From Phoronis australis (lineage: Eukaryota > Animalia > Phoronida): a DNA stretch of 64,000 bases. The stretch spans positions 443,980-507,979 of the forward strand of contig NMRA01000030.1 in the NCBI GenBank assembly GCA_002633005.1. The letters run 5' to 3'. Made by a program: the position numbers and the translations under genes. Positions 1 to 12,858 of this stretch are shown piece after piece. Numbering within the stretch: position 1 is the stretch's first letter; each line of letters begins with the position of its first letter. Under the pieces are notes generated by a model. The model saw only the letters and a program-made list of their open reading frames with translations. It was not told the origin of the DNA and did not search any database.

Positions 1-98
1 CACAGACAGTGTGCATGATACAAGTGCAAGAGAGAGAGAGAGTGAGAGAGATGATAGAATAGTGAGAGGTGTATACATACTGACGTATTGCTCTGTAC

Positions 99-234
99 CT
101 GTGGTAGGTGTTAGAGCAGTAGTAGCAAGGCTGTTGGCCACATTCATAGCGTTCACTTGCTGCATCTGGGTCAGAGCTGTCGCTACGGGGTTAATGAAGG
201 TCTGCCCTGGCGTGGCCATCAGTGGCTGCATTAT
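99..234 (-). CDS. CELF4: CELF divergent-domain exon: IMQPLMATPGQTFINPVATALTQMQQVNAMNVANSLATTALTPTT(G)
   Basis: Polypyrimidine acceptor ctctctcttcacacag, in frame with the previous exon. Resembles the CELF4 linker (NP...QMQQ...N...TPT.G). Donor CAG|gtacag at 99, or in-frame TCA|gtatgt at 81. Confidence 0.85.
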
Positions 235-272
235 CTGTGTGAAGAGAGAGGGTTATGTAGTAGTTGAATGTA

Positions 273-394
273 GGAGGGTGAGGGTGATAATGGTCTATCC
301 TGGGGTGGCCATTAGAGATATGCAGGAGGGTGAGGGTAATAATGGTCTGCCCTGGGGTGGCCAATAGGGATTGCAAGAGAAGAAAGAGGGTTAT
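273..394 (-). repeat. Two degenerate intronic tandem copies (~52 bp) of the 5' part of the 234-99 exon, plus a copy of its polypyrimidine tract
   Basis: tggccaccccagggcagacc and tggccaccccaggatagacc versus exonic tggccacgccagggcagacc. ataaccctctttctt versus ataaccctctctctt. Confidence 0.8.
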
Positions 395-1354
395 CATGAG
401 GCAACTCCAATGCTAACATTTGGGGTTTTTCACCCCAACACCTAAAGTGAGCTTAAGCCAGACAGTGACTAAGCCATCATAATCAATTTACAAATTAATG
501 CTCGTGGTTTAGCCGTGATGCTGAAAAAACCTATTTGCTACTTTTTCTTATAATGCATTAATTTTAAAAATTCAAAGATGTCTCCTATTTACTTTTCAAA
601 TTTAAAAACAGTCATGTTGGTTGTTTGCCTTATTTATTGTTCATTTTTTGACTTTTGAAACTCGTACACTGAACAGGCATGCTGGTTTAATTATGACTAT
701 AATCATCTCATCCAAAACGTTCAGCCATGCATGCGACTAGCTGCACTTCAATCTATGCATGACAGAGCCTTTGGTTTGCCGAGGAATTCACTAGATATTC
801 TGGAGTAAACAGTGCATGCATTCTTATCCACTGGCGAGCAAATCCTGTTAGCGTAAGATTTGCCTAATGCATAACCGAAAAAAATCATGCCCTAACAGAG
901 GCTGAGATAGTGTGAACTTGTGTAGCCATGAGAGACTGTATTATCAATGAGGAAGAGTGTTGCACGTAAATACAGAGTTAGAATGGAGCAAGTCAGGGAG
1001 GGTGAAAATGGCATGGCAATCACAAAATTGTATTAAGAGTGATAAGGGTTATATAGGTGAGAGTTTACAGTGAGTAATGGCTGGTGAGGCCTGGAATGGC
1101 CATCTCACATATTATAAACATTATACAAAGATATTTTTCTGTTCTTCTAGCACTCCAAAAATTTTTTTATGGGTTGACTTTCTATCTCTTGAAACATGCA
1201 CATGTACCAGCACAAGAATAACACACTTGAACACGGCTGGCCACCATTTGGGTATAAAGGGATATTGCCATCTTAAAGAGCCAGGATTGTAGTGTAGAAA
1301 GAGGATTCAAATAAGTTACCTCAGTAAGTGACTATGGTCTCCAACTCCACCTAC

Positions 1355-1516
1355 CTGCGCGCCTTGCTGCATGTGAGCGTACCCTCCGACAGCATGGATT
1401 GGAGAGATGGCGTACGGGTTCACAATACCTAACGGTGCTGCCATCTGTTGCAGGCGCCGCATTGTCCGCTCACGTTCTGTGTCGGCAAACTTAACTACAA
1501 TACTCGACGAAGCACC
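1355..1516 (-). CDS. CELF4: CELF exon, end of RRM2 and start of linker: [54 protein letters not shown]
   Basis: [20 protein letters not shown] signature of CELF3-6. Acceptor ttctcttaacag, donor CAG|gtaggt. 162 nt, phase 0/0. Confidence 0.93.
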
Positions 1517-2176
1517 CTGTTAAGAGAACGAGATGGATGCATACTATTTTGTACATGACTTCATCAAAACAAAGCATAATAAAGAGGTCAACATCCCACT
1601 GACTAGGCATTGCTAAAGAAATGTGCCCCCAATGACAATAAAAATATAAGAAAGTATTTGCTTGAGTATAGTGATGGAACAGTTTTAACAGATGACTGAG
1701 AGGAATTATAGTGCGTGTGACCCAGCTGACTAATGCCCATACATTGTGCAGGGTTTACTAATAAATCGGAGATTAATAGCAAATGTATGTTGATGAAACA
1801 CAATCAATACAGGCAAGAGCTAACACAGCAGCTCACTTGAGTTGTCTACATAAGGCCAAGTCATGTGTCAGTCTGAGCAATTTAAACACAAATGAGAATG
1901 AGTGTGCAGTATCTGTGAACCATTAAAAGACCAAAACACAACTCCCAAACTCCTAACCCTTTAAATCGTTTTTTTTAAAGAAAAGAATATGCCTATATAC
2001 GTTTGCAGTGTGATAAACAAGCCTATCCGAATGCTTAGACTTATTCCTGAACTTCATCTTCATCTGCTTAAGCTGTCCAAAAATAAAACCTAAACTCGAT
2101 CACTTACCACTACCACCACAAAGTTGATCTCAAAATTCTCCTAACTGAAAAGTCTAGAGAAGTGTAGTTGAATACG

Positions 2177-2345
2177 TGTCTCACCATCTGCTAATGCCAG
2201 CGACAACTGTCTCACCATCTGCTAATACCAGGGACAACTGTCCCACCCTCTTCCAATACCAGGGACAACTGTCCCACCCTCTGCTAATACCACCCTCTGC
2301 CAATTACCAGGGACAACTGTCTCACCCTCTGCTAATGCCAGGGAT
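2177..2345. repeat. Degenerate ~31-bp minisatellite (gggacaactgtctcaccctctgctaatacca)
   Basis: About 5 visible tandem copies. Confidence 0.85.
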
Positions 2346-3495
2346 AATTGTTAAGTATTCAACAGGCCCTATTAACCATTTTCTTGACTCATTCGCACTT
2401 CTGAAATTTGTGTAACCATAATGTATCCTAGTGTTTGCCCCACTCAACTCATGAGCTCAATTGGAAATCGCAGGTCAACGTTACTGATTCAGCCACATGG
2501 TGGAGAGACGTGTATACCTGTTCCCTTAATTTTGCTTGTGACACGAGCTTAAAGTGGTTCTAGATAAAATTCCTTCATAGAATTGTGGCAACAGATGTAT
2601 TTCTTGTCAATATTGGTGTCAAGCAATCAGTTCTCTGAACATTTTGTAAAAAAGAGCCAGAAAATATGATCTATTTCTACAGAAATTTTATTGGTACCAA
2701 TAATTTCTGGTCTGCAATCAGTCATTGGTTATTTGCTAAAACACAATCTTTACTTATTCTCTCGTCTACTTAGGTTTTCCTTGGCAAATTACAAAACTTA
2801 AGACATAATTAATTGACTCATCTGCCTGTGAAAATATCACATCTACCGCCTAAGTCACAGAAATGCTTCTCCCTTGATCGAAATGTTCAAGATAAAGGTG
2901 TTTAAGTATATGCAAAAGGAAAAATATATATATTTCAAAAACTGTTTATATGAAAAATTTACAATAGATGATTTTCCCTGGCGCTTTTGTTTTCTTTAGT
3001 ACACACAGGTTCTAATTCTGTAGGAAGATCTCATAATACAAGAGGGAGTGTGGTCTGTTTGTGCGCGTGTATCCTTTGTCTATCATATGTTGCTTCAGTG
3101 TTATAAATAAATGAAAAAAAAACATTTATCCCGATCATTTACATCATTCTTTAGTTGCATGTGACCAACATCCCAATGTTTGTTCCACCCACTCACACCT
3201 CTCTGTGCTACATTCCATAAACTTATGAAGAACGTACAGCGAAATCTTCAAAATGGATCACTAAAAGTGCATTCTATACCGTAATTAACAGATCCCAAGC
3301 CCACTGACCAACAACTTGACTGGCCACCACTTGATAGGGTACGCTAGTAAGGTTCTGTGCATATCCGCCAAACACTTGCCTTCCACTCGCGTCAATTTGC
3401 ATAGGGTTACGTAATCTAAGTTTTTGGCGAGATCCTTGTATCTACAGAATGCTAACCAATTGAAACTCAACAGGTGGTCCCATGAAATTACTCAC

Positions 3496-3575
3496 AGGCA
3501 TCGTTTGGCTTCCATGGACATTGGCTATTGCATTCACTGCCTCCTGGTGGGTAGAAAACTTAACAAAGGCACAGC
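3496..3575 (-). CDS. CELF4: CELF exon, RRM2 RNP1 region: (G)[26 protein letters not shown]
   Basis: KGCAFVKF RNP1 is completed across the junction. HGSQTMP is typical of CELF3-6. Acceptor ctatttcag, donor CCT|gtgagt. 80 nt, phase 1/0. Confidence 0.95.
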
Positions 3576-5028
3576 CTGAAATAGAAGCAGATAACATCTG
3601 AACAAAATGGAAGTAGTCTCACAATAACAGAGCTTTGTATCATAGGGGATCTTTAGGGAGCTGCAGGGATACAGCTGTTACACATTATAACCACAGAACC
3701 CCAGGGAGCTATTTAGCGCTGGGAGGAGGGTAGACATTTGTAGTGGTTCTCGGCTATTGTTACCTGCATTATTGACATTTATTCCAAACCATGTGATCCA
3801 CTTGCCTCTAAGAATTTCATTATAGGTCATGACCATCACAGGTGTCACACATTTTAACTATATATGAAGCATCACAATAGTTTATGCACACAGCAAAGAA
3901 ATCCATAATTAAAACATGATTATTCCGACAACTGCATGAAAATCCAGAGGATGACTCAGATCTATATAAAGTAAAATAGCGACTTCAACAAAAGAATTTT
4001 CAGCAGATAAAGTTAAAACTCCAGCCATTTAGTCCAAAATTGGTGAGATTTTACCAAAATTTTCACATTACAAAAATTCAAAAATGGCAGGCACAACATA
4101 GCAGAAGTATAAAGTAAACAATTTCAAAATATAACTTCGTTTTACTCACACATTATGGAAGTTAACCACAGAGCTAGGAGCAAAATATAAAATATGAGCA
4201 TAGCATTAATAGCCATTCTCTTTATAAACAGCTGCTGTGAATGGGTGAGTTAAATCAAAATTTCTCATCCACCAGGAATATAAAAGAAATAGACTGGCAG
4301 ATGTGACTTAGAAGATTACTGGTTTGTCTGGCTACTTAAGGTCATTACCATTGACCAGCGGTCAACCTTGTCTTTCTTCATGACAGAGCATTAAAGAATA
4401 CAGCTTAGGGAGAACAGATAAACCCTACAGGACTCTAATCAGTGAATATTTAGCAAAATTAAACTTGATTACTATATTTCATATAAAATCTATAACTAAC
4501 AATTCTTTCACAACACACAACACACACACACAGATGGTTAGTAAATTGTTATCTAGCACTTGATATTGCGGAGGCAGATGACTAACTGTTGTTTTCACTT
4601 TCGATATCAATTGCTACTAGTGCTAGATTTCAATTCACATCATGGGCAAGCAGCAATTACTGTTATTTATGTTTTTGGTTTGAATCCCACATTTTCAAAA
4701 TACATCATGATAATAACAAAACAATGTTCATGACTACATTTTAACAACACAGTTATAAACTATGATCTAGTATTAAAAACAACTTTCCACAGAGGTGCAT
4801 TTTCTCTTCCAAATCACCTTTGTTTAAATTGAAATTGGCTGCTAGGAAACACATGGAATTCCTGTGACAGCCATGTACTGACTTCAGGGACTGAAACTCA
4901 CTAAGCTGTCACTACAAGCAGACTGGATAAGCTGTAATCAACAGTTTTTCATAAACTATTTCTAACCCAGTCTGAATAGGGAACTAGATGAGACTCATGT
5001 GGTCAACATCAAAACATGGACATGGGTT

Positions 5029-5482
5029 TATTGTTCTTCAGTACACAATCTCACTCAATATTGTGCTTAACTACACTATCTCACTCAATATTGTTCTTAA
5101 CTACACTATCTCACTCAATATTGTTCTCAACTACACTATCTCACTCAATATTTGTTCTTAAGTACACTATCTCACTCAATATTGTTCTTAACTACACTAT
5201 CTCACTCAATATTTGTTCTTAAGTACACTATCTCACTCAATATTGTTCTTTACTACACCATCTCAATCAGTATTGTTCTTAAGTACACTATCTCACTTAA
5301 TATTGTTCTTTACTACACTATCTCACTCAATATAGTTCTTAACTACACTATCTCACTCAATATTGTTCTTAAGTACACTATCTCACTCAATATTGTTCTT
5401 TACTACACCATCTCACTCAATATTGTTCTTAACTACACTATCTCACTCAATATTGTTCTTAAGTACACTATCTCACTCAATA
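5029..5482. repeat. 30-bp minisatellite (tattgttcttaactacactatctcactcaa)
   Basis: About 15 tandem copies. Explains the repetitive ORFs at 5016 and 5152. Confidence 0.95.
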
Positions 5483-5716
5483 TCAAAATAATTATCAACA
5501 ATCAGATGTATCAAATCCAAAATCAAGAGAACTAACATTATTCCTATTAGTACCTGACATGTTGAAGTAAGACCTGGCTTAAAACATTGTGGTTAAGATA
5601 ACACTGTGCATCACTTAGGTGGACGCCCTATTACTTTGACGTATGTCTCAAATTTGACTGCAAGCCTGCTGAACACTGGCGGAGAGTACACAAAGTTGAA
5701 CGTAACCAAGACTCAC

Positions 5717-5845
5717 CTTTGCTGTTGCCGCTCTGATCTCGTAGAATTGTACACTCTTCAATGGTGCCATAAGGCTCAAAATGTCGCCTGACATCTTCTT
5801 CCGTTTGCGCTTTGCTTAGCATACCCACGAAAAGTTTACGATCCT
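5717..5845 (-). CDS. CELF4: CELF3-6 subfamily RNA-binding protein, exon encoding N-terminal half of RRM2: (E)[42 protein letters not shown](G)
   Basis: RNP2 motif KLFVGML. Acceptor ttttgttttacag, donor AAG|gtgagt. 129 nt, phase 1/1. The symbol denotes the CELF3/4/5/6 group, not a resolved paralog. Confidence 0.95.
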
Positions 5846-6074
5846 CTGTAAAACAAAATGCACAAGTTCAATTATGCTTTTCACAAAACCTGGTTACGTG
5901 ACTGCAACTGTCTTGAAATCAATCATGTCCACAAAACCTGGTCATATGACTGCACCTGTTTGGGCATTAGTTCCCTAAATTTACGGTAAAATTTCACTAA
6001 CTTAGGACAAAACACGGCAGAAAAGTGAAATTTTATTTTCTAACATTTTTCATGCAAGATATGTAGCACAAAAT

Positions 6075-6290
6075 AAATGAACACAGAAAAATCAGGAACC
6101 CCAACTGGGAATCGAACCACAGGTCTAGTGCTCTTACTACTGAGCTACTGAGGACCCGATATCTGCTCAATTACTGTTTACAGCCAGATATCGGGTCCTC
6201 AGTAGCTCAGTGGTAAGACCACAAGACCGGCAATCTAGAGACGTGTGATTCGATTCCCAGTTGGGGTTCCTGATTTTTCTATGTTTATTT
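6075..6290. mobile_element. Palindromic element made of two divergently oriented tRNA-derived (SINE-like) units
   Basis: Right arm has A-box tagctcagtgg (~6203), B-box-like gattcgattcc (~6247) and a T5 run. Left arm 6075-6165 is its reverse complement with a deletion over the anticodon region. Spacer ~20 nt. Confidence 0.8.
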
Positions 6291-9200
6291 GATATATTTC
6301 ACTACTGGCCAACTTCAGCATCTATTTATTTACTATACCAAATAAATGCTACATCACTTTTATTATCTATACCATACCACCAGGAAATGAATTTAAGAAA
6401 TTGTAGGCATTTATAACGTTAGCAGTAACTTCCGAAAATAGGTCCATGGTCAGATATCCGAAAAACAACCTTTCAAAAATGTCAAATGAAACTGAATATT
6501 TGCCCGGGCTATTGTGGAAATGGAGGTGGGGGCACGAATTTTTGGAAACTCTGTCATGTCAACCATTCTATTTACAGTGCAGTTTTAAAGCAAATAATTA
6601 TCCACTTGAGACTGTTTTCAAAATATGTAAAATTGGACAGTCTTGTATAATTATGCATAGTCTTTAAATTAAATGAGAGTTGGTTTAAACTCATAAAGAA
6701 TTAATTTAAAATTTCATCAAGGTATGCACAAAACATTTCTTGTGCAGCAACATTATTTGTGAAGTTTTTTAAATAAACGCATCCCTTTTATTGTATGTAG
6801 TTGTATCTCACTAGCAACAATTTTATTCGTCTATACATATTTTGCATATAGTAAACACAGAACATTAAAACTATCCTTGATACTGTGCCAATATAACACA
6901 GAATATTAAGACTATCCTCGATACTGTGCCAATATGGTTAGTTACCAACAAAGTCACTCAATATCTCATTAAATTATTGTCCTTTGAGCAAAATTTTGAC
7001 CCCAAAATAATAGCCAAAGTAAACAAAATTTTACATCAAAACATATTACATAGTTATTTTAGAAGGATAAAATAGTTACCGAAAATACACCCACGGGCGT
7101 ACTTTTGGATGGGGTTAATTTCCGGAGAAGCTCGCTTTGAGACTGTCAAGTAACCTCATCACGGAAACATGGTGTGAGTCATGACAAAGACTACATAATC
7201 TTAAGTCTGTGATCAGGATGGAGCCCAAGCTACTTGTGTATAATTAGACCACTGACTTGATATGAACATTCATCAAGATATATGTAGACAGTGACATCAA
7301 CACTCATACAGCTCATGTTGTTTTTAAAGTCCACACCACTAACAAATCATGCATTGTGTTTGTTTAAACATATGGGGCTTATGTCCCAGCATTTGAAACA
7401 AAATAATCTGTAAGTCTCCTGTTTTTGGACCAAGAAATTTAACTCAACTGTCTAAATCTCAGGATGAGGTTTCACAAGGAAAAATGCTCTTCTCTAAAAT
7501 GAACATTGTGGAAATTTCACTTTTTTCAACACTTGCGTTTTAGTGTTTAAAATCCAACAGGTTAATTTAAATTATGAAACCGAAAAAAGGCCAGCATCTG
7601 GTAGACCAATAGACATTTTGTGAAACAAAGGGGTAAAAATTATACTGAAACGAGCAAAAATAAGGCAGAAAAGGTGGAAATGTGTCCAATCAAATATTTT
7701 TAGACACACAAAAGAAAAAAAAATGGATTAAATCCAAGATGTAATACTGTAAGTGAATGGCCTCAATTATTCAAGCAGTCAAATTGCCTCAAATTAAAAA
7801 CAAGTCACTTGGAAAAACAATTACTATCAAATTATTCAGACAAACCAGGCAAAACTTGAAATTCAGGGACGTACCTCGTAAAAATCGACTGTATATCAGA
7901 GCATTGAAATAAATTTATGTACAAAAGTTCGGGATTATTTACATATAGGGCATTGGAACAATCCACTAAAAGGAAGAAATAAAGTAAATGAGCCCCTACA
8001 GATCATTTTAGTGACTTGAGGGATTCTTACACTTTGTACCGAGTACTTTTATCATGCGGGTTGGTTTTGTTGTGACTTTGGCAAATGATGCGTAAAGTCG
8101 AGTGGTAGCATTTTAAAAATCGTGTAATAATACGAGCCATGAATGTGATCTGAACAATGACCGATATGGTTAATGCATGTATTATGTCTTTCACCAACTC
8201 ATTATGCATCCCAATCCCACAAGGCTCATGTATACTTGTTATGTAAAATTCTATATTCACGTTTTACTAGACTACCTGTGAATAATTTATTCCTTCACCC
8301 TCATACACATGTTTATTCAAAGCAGATGTGAACCCACCTAGATATGACCTACTTACAATCATAATTACCAGTATATCATTAACTACAGACTGCTAACACA
8401 TCAAATGCACAAAAACTGCCAGTGAGCACTAATATTATCATTATTGATAATTTGGACTTAAGCAGATTAAATTAAATGTTGTAGAAGTAAATATTTCAGA
8501 CAGTTGAAGATTTTGAAAACCACAACATCCAGTTTCAAGAGAAATGGAGGGTTGTGTAGAAAAGGTACAATAAAAATTTGTCAGTTTAGGAAATACAATG
8601 GTGGAAACAGGAATTTAATTTGTAAAATTTCAACAAATGTCAATTAAATATTGTAAAAAATATCCTTAATTGTAACCATAGACTGTAAAATCTTACCAAT
8701 CCCGGACTAAATATTTGCCAATATTGCTATTTTGTGTTTTCAGTTTTCAAAGTCTTTTAGCATTGTTGTGAATGCCCACAAATTTTCAAAATTACGTCAG
8801 ATGTCAGCTATGGCACAAGCTTTGAACATGGAAAGCATCAATTTGGTGCTAAACATCTTTATGAAAAAAGGAAATAAATTCTATGCTTCTCTGTCATGTT
8901 GTGTACTACGTTGGTGACATATTATCATAATATAGATGGCATAGTTAGATGTAAATGAGAATTTCACAAGAAGCAACCAATTGCAACACCAGAACAGTAT
9001 TTAATTTATAGTAGACAATTTGAAATAAGTGTATCAGTTTGGACAATTCGACAGTTGATATTCAAATTAAACTGATTTTTGTACGTTCTAGATCAAAACG
9101 AGTCATGATCTTCAATCTTGTTAGAAAAAAATCCCCTAAGCCGATTGTCCTTCTATTCTCTTAACATACTGAGGAAAAATTTAATCGGTCCCTCCAATCA

Positions 9201-10920
9201 GAAATATTGGCAATCAAATGCCAACGAACTCAATGTGTTTATGGAAACAATTCAGAACTTAGTGAAAGCTCATAAAATTACAATTTCAATTTCAAGTCAT
9301 TCAATATCAATCAGAAGCAGTAAAAACAAGGATTTAGATATTTTAAGGAGAGCAGTTATCTACAAAAGAGACAGACTATAAAGTGGAATATTCAAAATGG
9401 TTTTCAAAACAAGAAAGAATATCTAAAAACAACAAAAATAATGACACAGCAAAATAAACAATTCAATCAACGCGGTTACGAACCTGCCGTCCATCTCACA
9501 ATCAAGTTTTGATTTAGACTTGTCATCATTATGAAATTGGTTCAAAGTACTGGAATATTGCCCTTCAGTGAAAATGTCAATTTGTTATGGTTTGAGATGG
9601 CGCTCTGCAAGGTTGGTTAGTTGTCATGACAACATTTCATTATCATGCACAGCAGTGGTCTCAACAAATAACTATCGGTTCAAAATCACTTCTCAAATAA
9701 GTAAGGAACATCTTAAGACCAATTGCACAGCGCTAAGTCATCTAAATCAAAACTTAGTTTTGTGATGGAACATGAGTTTATAACCACTTTAAAATGAGAT
9801 GAAATCTAAGCCCTAAAACGTTTTTTGTAACTTATTCTATTTAATCTTATGGTATTGAATGATTCATCAAAATACAGACATTATATAGTGGGATGCAAAT
9901 AGTCTACAAGACTACCACTGAAACAACCCTAACTTTGACCTACAATGCATGTTTGATATAAAATAATTACACTATATTTCAAAAAATATTGACAGACATA
10001 AATCCACTATTCTATAGACTTGCAAGAATGTAACTTGAACATTCCTACGATCACAAAAACAGAAATAAAAAAGCCAGTAATATTAATAATTATTGTGTAC
10101 CTGACAAAAGTACCCAGTGTTAGATCTAATAGGTGAAAATAGATCATTTTCAGATAAGTATTTCGTTTATGAGAAACACAACCATTTTATAACAGAGATA
10201 ATACTAATAACTGCAGTGAAATGGCAAAATGTTCAGTTTACTAACATTCCACCAGGATTCTGGTGTGAAGTTAGCACAATTTAAAATCAAGGGCGCTCTT
10301 GTTTTGCACTTCAAAGTAATTTATTGATCAGTGGGGGTATTATGAGAATGAAAGTAGAGGCCAGTAGCCAAGGTGATCTAATGTAATCTACCCATATCTC
10401 ATTTCTATCATATATTGTCTGGAAGCAAAATCCATTTAATTAAATTCATGACAGAAACAAAATTAAAGATGAAGCGTTTGCAACCATTGAAAACTAAATA
10501 CATACAATACTGACAGGATGCTCCATCCTGGGAAATCTGAAAAAACATTATTTTTGCTGACATACGTTCTTGAAACTAGTCAGTAATTTTGTTTCATTTC
10601 TAGATATATGCATAAACTTTAATAGTGAATTACGAAAAGGTGTTGAGCTGAGAAATAAAAGTATCAGACATAACACAAGAGTGTCACATAAACTATACAA
10701 CAGGACTTGCAAACAAAAGATACTTTTGAAATCCTAAAAGGCCAGAATTTTCATTAAAAAACTTTAATGAAACAGCCAGACAGGTAAATTACAAAGGCCT
10801 AAACAGATTTCTGATTTTGCATTGATGCAACCCAATTGAAATCAATAAAATCAATACTGATAGTATACCACCTATGAGAAATGACCTGCTTAATGAAAAC
10901 AAGTCAGGTAAAATTCTCAC

Positions 10921-10966
10921 CTGCGCCTTGAACATCGCATGGCTGTGTCATTGTCAAAATGCCCAT
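10921..10966 (-). CDS. Candidate alternative first coding exon, MGILTMTQPCDVQGA(E), in frame with the RRM2 exon
   Basis: accATGG start context, CAG|gtgaga donor, phase 1. About 165 nt upstream are free of ATG, with CCAAT and TA-rich elements beyond. No transcript evidence. Confidence 0.45.
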
Positions 10967-11119
10967 GGTAAAATAGAAAAATATATGTAATATGTAAAAC
11001 TACAACAATTTCTAAATACACAACACCAAATCCAGGTAGGCTCTGAAATATTTCTTGGCAATCAGCCTATATAAGAACTCTACACAGTGTGTGTATAACG
11101 ATAACGATAATGTCAGTCT

Positions 11120-11260
11120 TTGTCCGCTGCATATTAATAGGTGATGCACAGTTTTAAAGCCAACACAAAGACAGGGGCTGGCCTCCGATTGGTTGGCTCG
11201 CGCCTGTATTATAATGAAGTATCAGCTTGACAGCTGGCGTGTGCCAAGGCTCAGCAAACA
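11120..11260 (-). promoter_or_regulatory. Putative internal promoter for the candidate exon at 10921
   Basis: Minus-strand CCAAT at 11188-11192, TTTAAAA at 11152-11158, locally raised GC/CpG, and an NFI-like TGGC..GCCAA near 11235-11247. Confidence 0.3.
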
Positions 11261-12858
11261 AAGGCCAACTCAGCATATAGACTGTGTGTAGTGAGGGCTA
11301 GAATAGAATAGATTTAGGTGGTTGATGGGCTTAGAGCAGGTGGTCCATTGTGAGGAGGTAAACAAAGAGGTGACTTGAGTCTGGGGCATACATTGGGAGG
11401 GTTGACCAGTTAGTATCCTGTGCAAGAACTAAATATGACATTAGGAATTTTCCCAATTGAAGCTTTGTCTAATTAAGGAACAATGTGGTAACAAGGCCAC
11501 ACAGAATTCTCACATAATGAGATTGACTGACATGTGACTATATTCACGCCAGAGTGTCCCTCACTAGTCTGTGCATGTGCGTGTTTGAAATATAAGGTAC
11601 TACAGAGGTTAGCTAAATACTTGATGAGATCCATTTCAGCAATTGTTGAAAATTATGATTATTTCATGAGCGAATTCATTAATATTTCAACATCTTTAAA
11701 ACGAAGCAAATTAATTCTTGTTGAGGCCTTTCCAGTTGACAGATGACATTTGCCACTGAGGCAGCAATTCAATTATATTTTGAAAATCAATAATAAAGTT
11801 AAGCAATTTGAGAACATTTAGCCAGCATGTGATTGAGTGTTGGAGTGTCATGATACATAAAAGCCGGAGAAATATGATGACCTTGCTTACAAACAATTTT
11901 CAGAGATGTTTCATAGTTTGAGTTTCTGTTAACAAAACACCTTATAAGCAAACCAACATGTTCTCACATTCACTTCATTATTTATCATCAAGACAATTTT
12001 GATTTCAGTTTTCTTACGAGCAAAAAATGCTTAGAAAGTCTTAAAATTAATTTAAGCACTTCAACACCATTGCCATAGTAATGAAACATTGTAACCCTTG
12101 ATTAAATTTTCCAAAACAGCTTACAAAAGAGAGATCTCGCTAACAAAATGAACATGTAAAGTATTTTCTTTTTTTTCAGACATGATATATAGCACTATGC
12201 TTTACCATGCTCAACTTCTAAGCAATACATACCAACATAAAACAGTCTTAAAAAGTGTGGACATTCACAACAGTGGTAGAAGCCCTTGACAATTAAAAAA
12301 GGGCAATTTTAACAATTATTTTTGTTCAAAATTGTGGAAATTTTTCCATACTAACAACTTTGCGAAACCATATCTCTGTAGATGTGTGTGAGCCCAAATC
12401 TCTTCCATTACAACGGTAAATTCAGACACTGATCAGTCACATACTATCTAGAACATATGGCCACTCAAAAATCCCAGTTGGTCTTATCAGAATATGACAT
12501 TATATTGATCTTTCACTACTAAGAATGTGTGGCCAGGCAACCAAAAGAATGTCACAACACATTTTGTTTTAGGCATGTCATGTTTGTATCATTAATGCAA
12601 CACTAGGTCAAAATTTAGATGCAAAGCATTTAAAGGTACCAAGACTAAAACCCTCACATAAATATTGTTTTAAACATTAGTTTTTAACAAGGAATCAGTT
12701 TCAGAAAAAAATGTTTCAAGAGTCACATCACATTCAACATTGGTGTGACCCTTATATTTTAAATAATCACATAGTGTAAACCAAATTCAAGGTAAATACA
12801 ATTATCTTGGTGAAGTCCTACTTTTTCAGAACTACAAATTTTTTCTCACGTACAAAAC

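Noticed and set aside
11-367. 118-aa plus-strand ORF
   Set aside because: Antisense shadow of the CELF exon and its intronic duplicates.
1230-1260. tggccaccatttggg as a docking site pairing with the duplicated exon copies (Dscam-like)
   Set aside because: Complementarity is only ~8 nt and depends on the palindrome tggcca.
5016-5535. Repetitive ORFs (YTISLNIVL)n
   Set aside because: Translation of a 30-bp minisatellite.
6193-6270. Functional tRNA gene
   Set aside because: Mismatched stems, atypical anticodon loop, altered B-box, and an inverted partner with a deletion; better explained as a tRNA-derived repeat.
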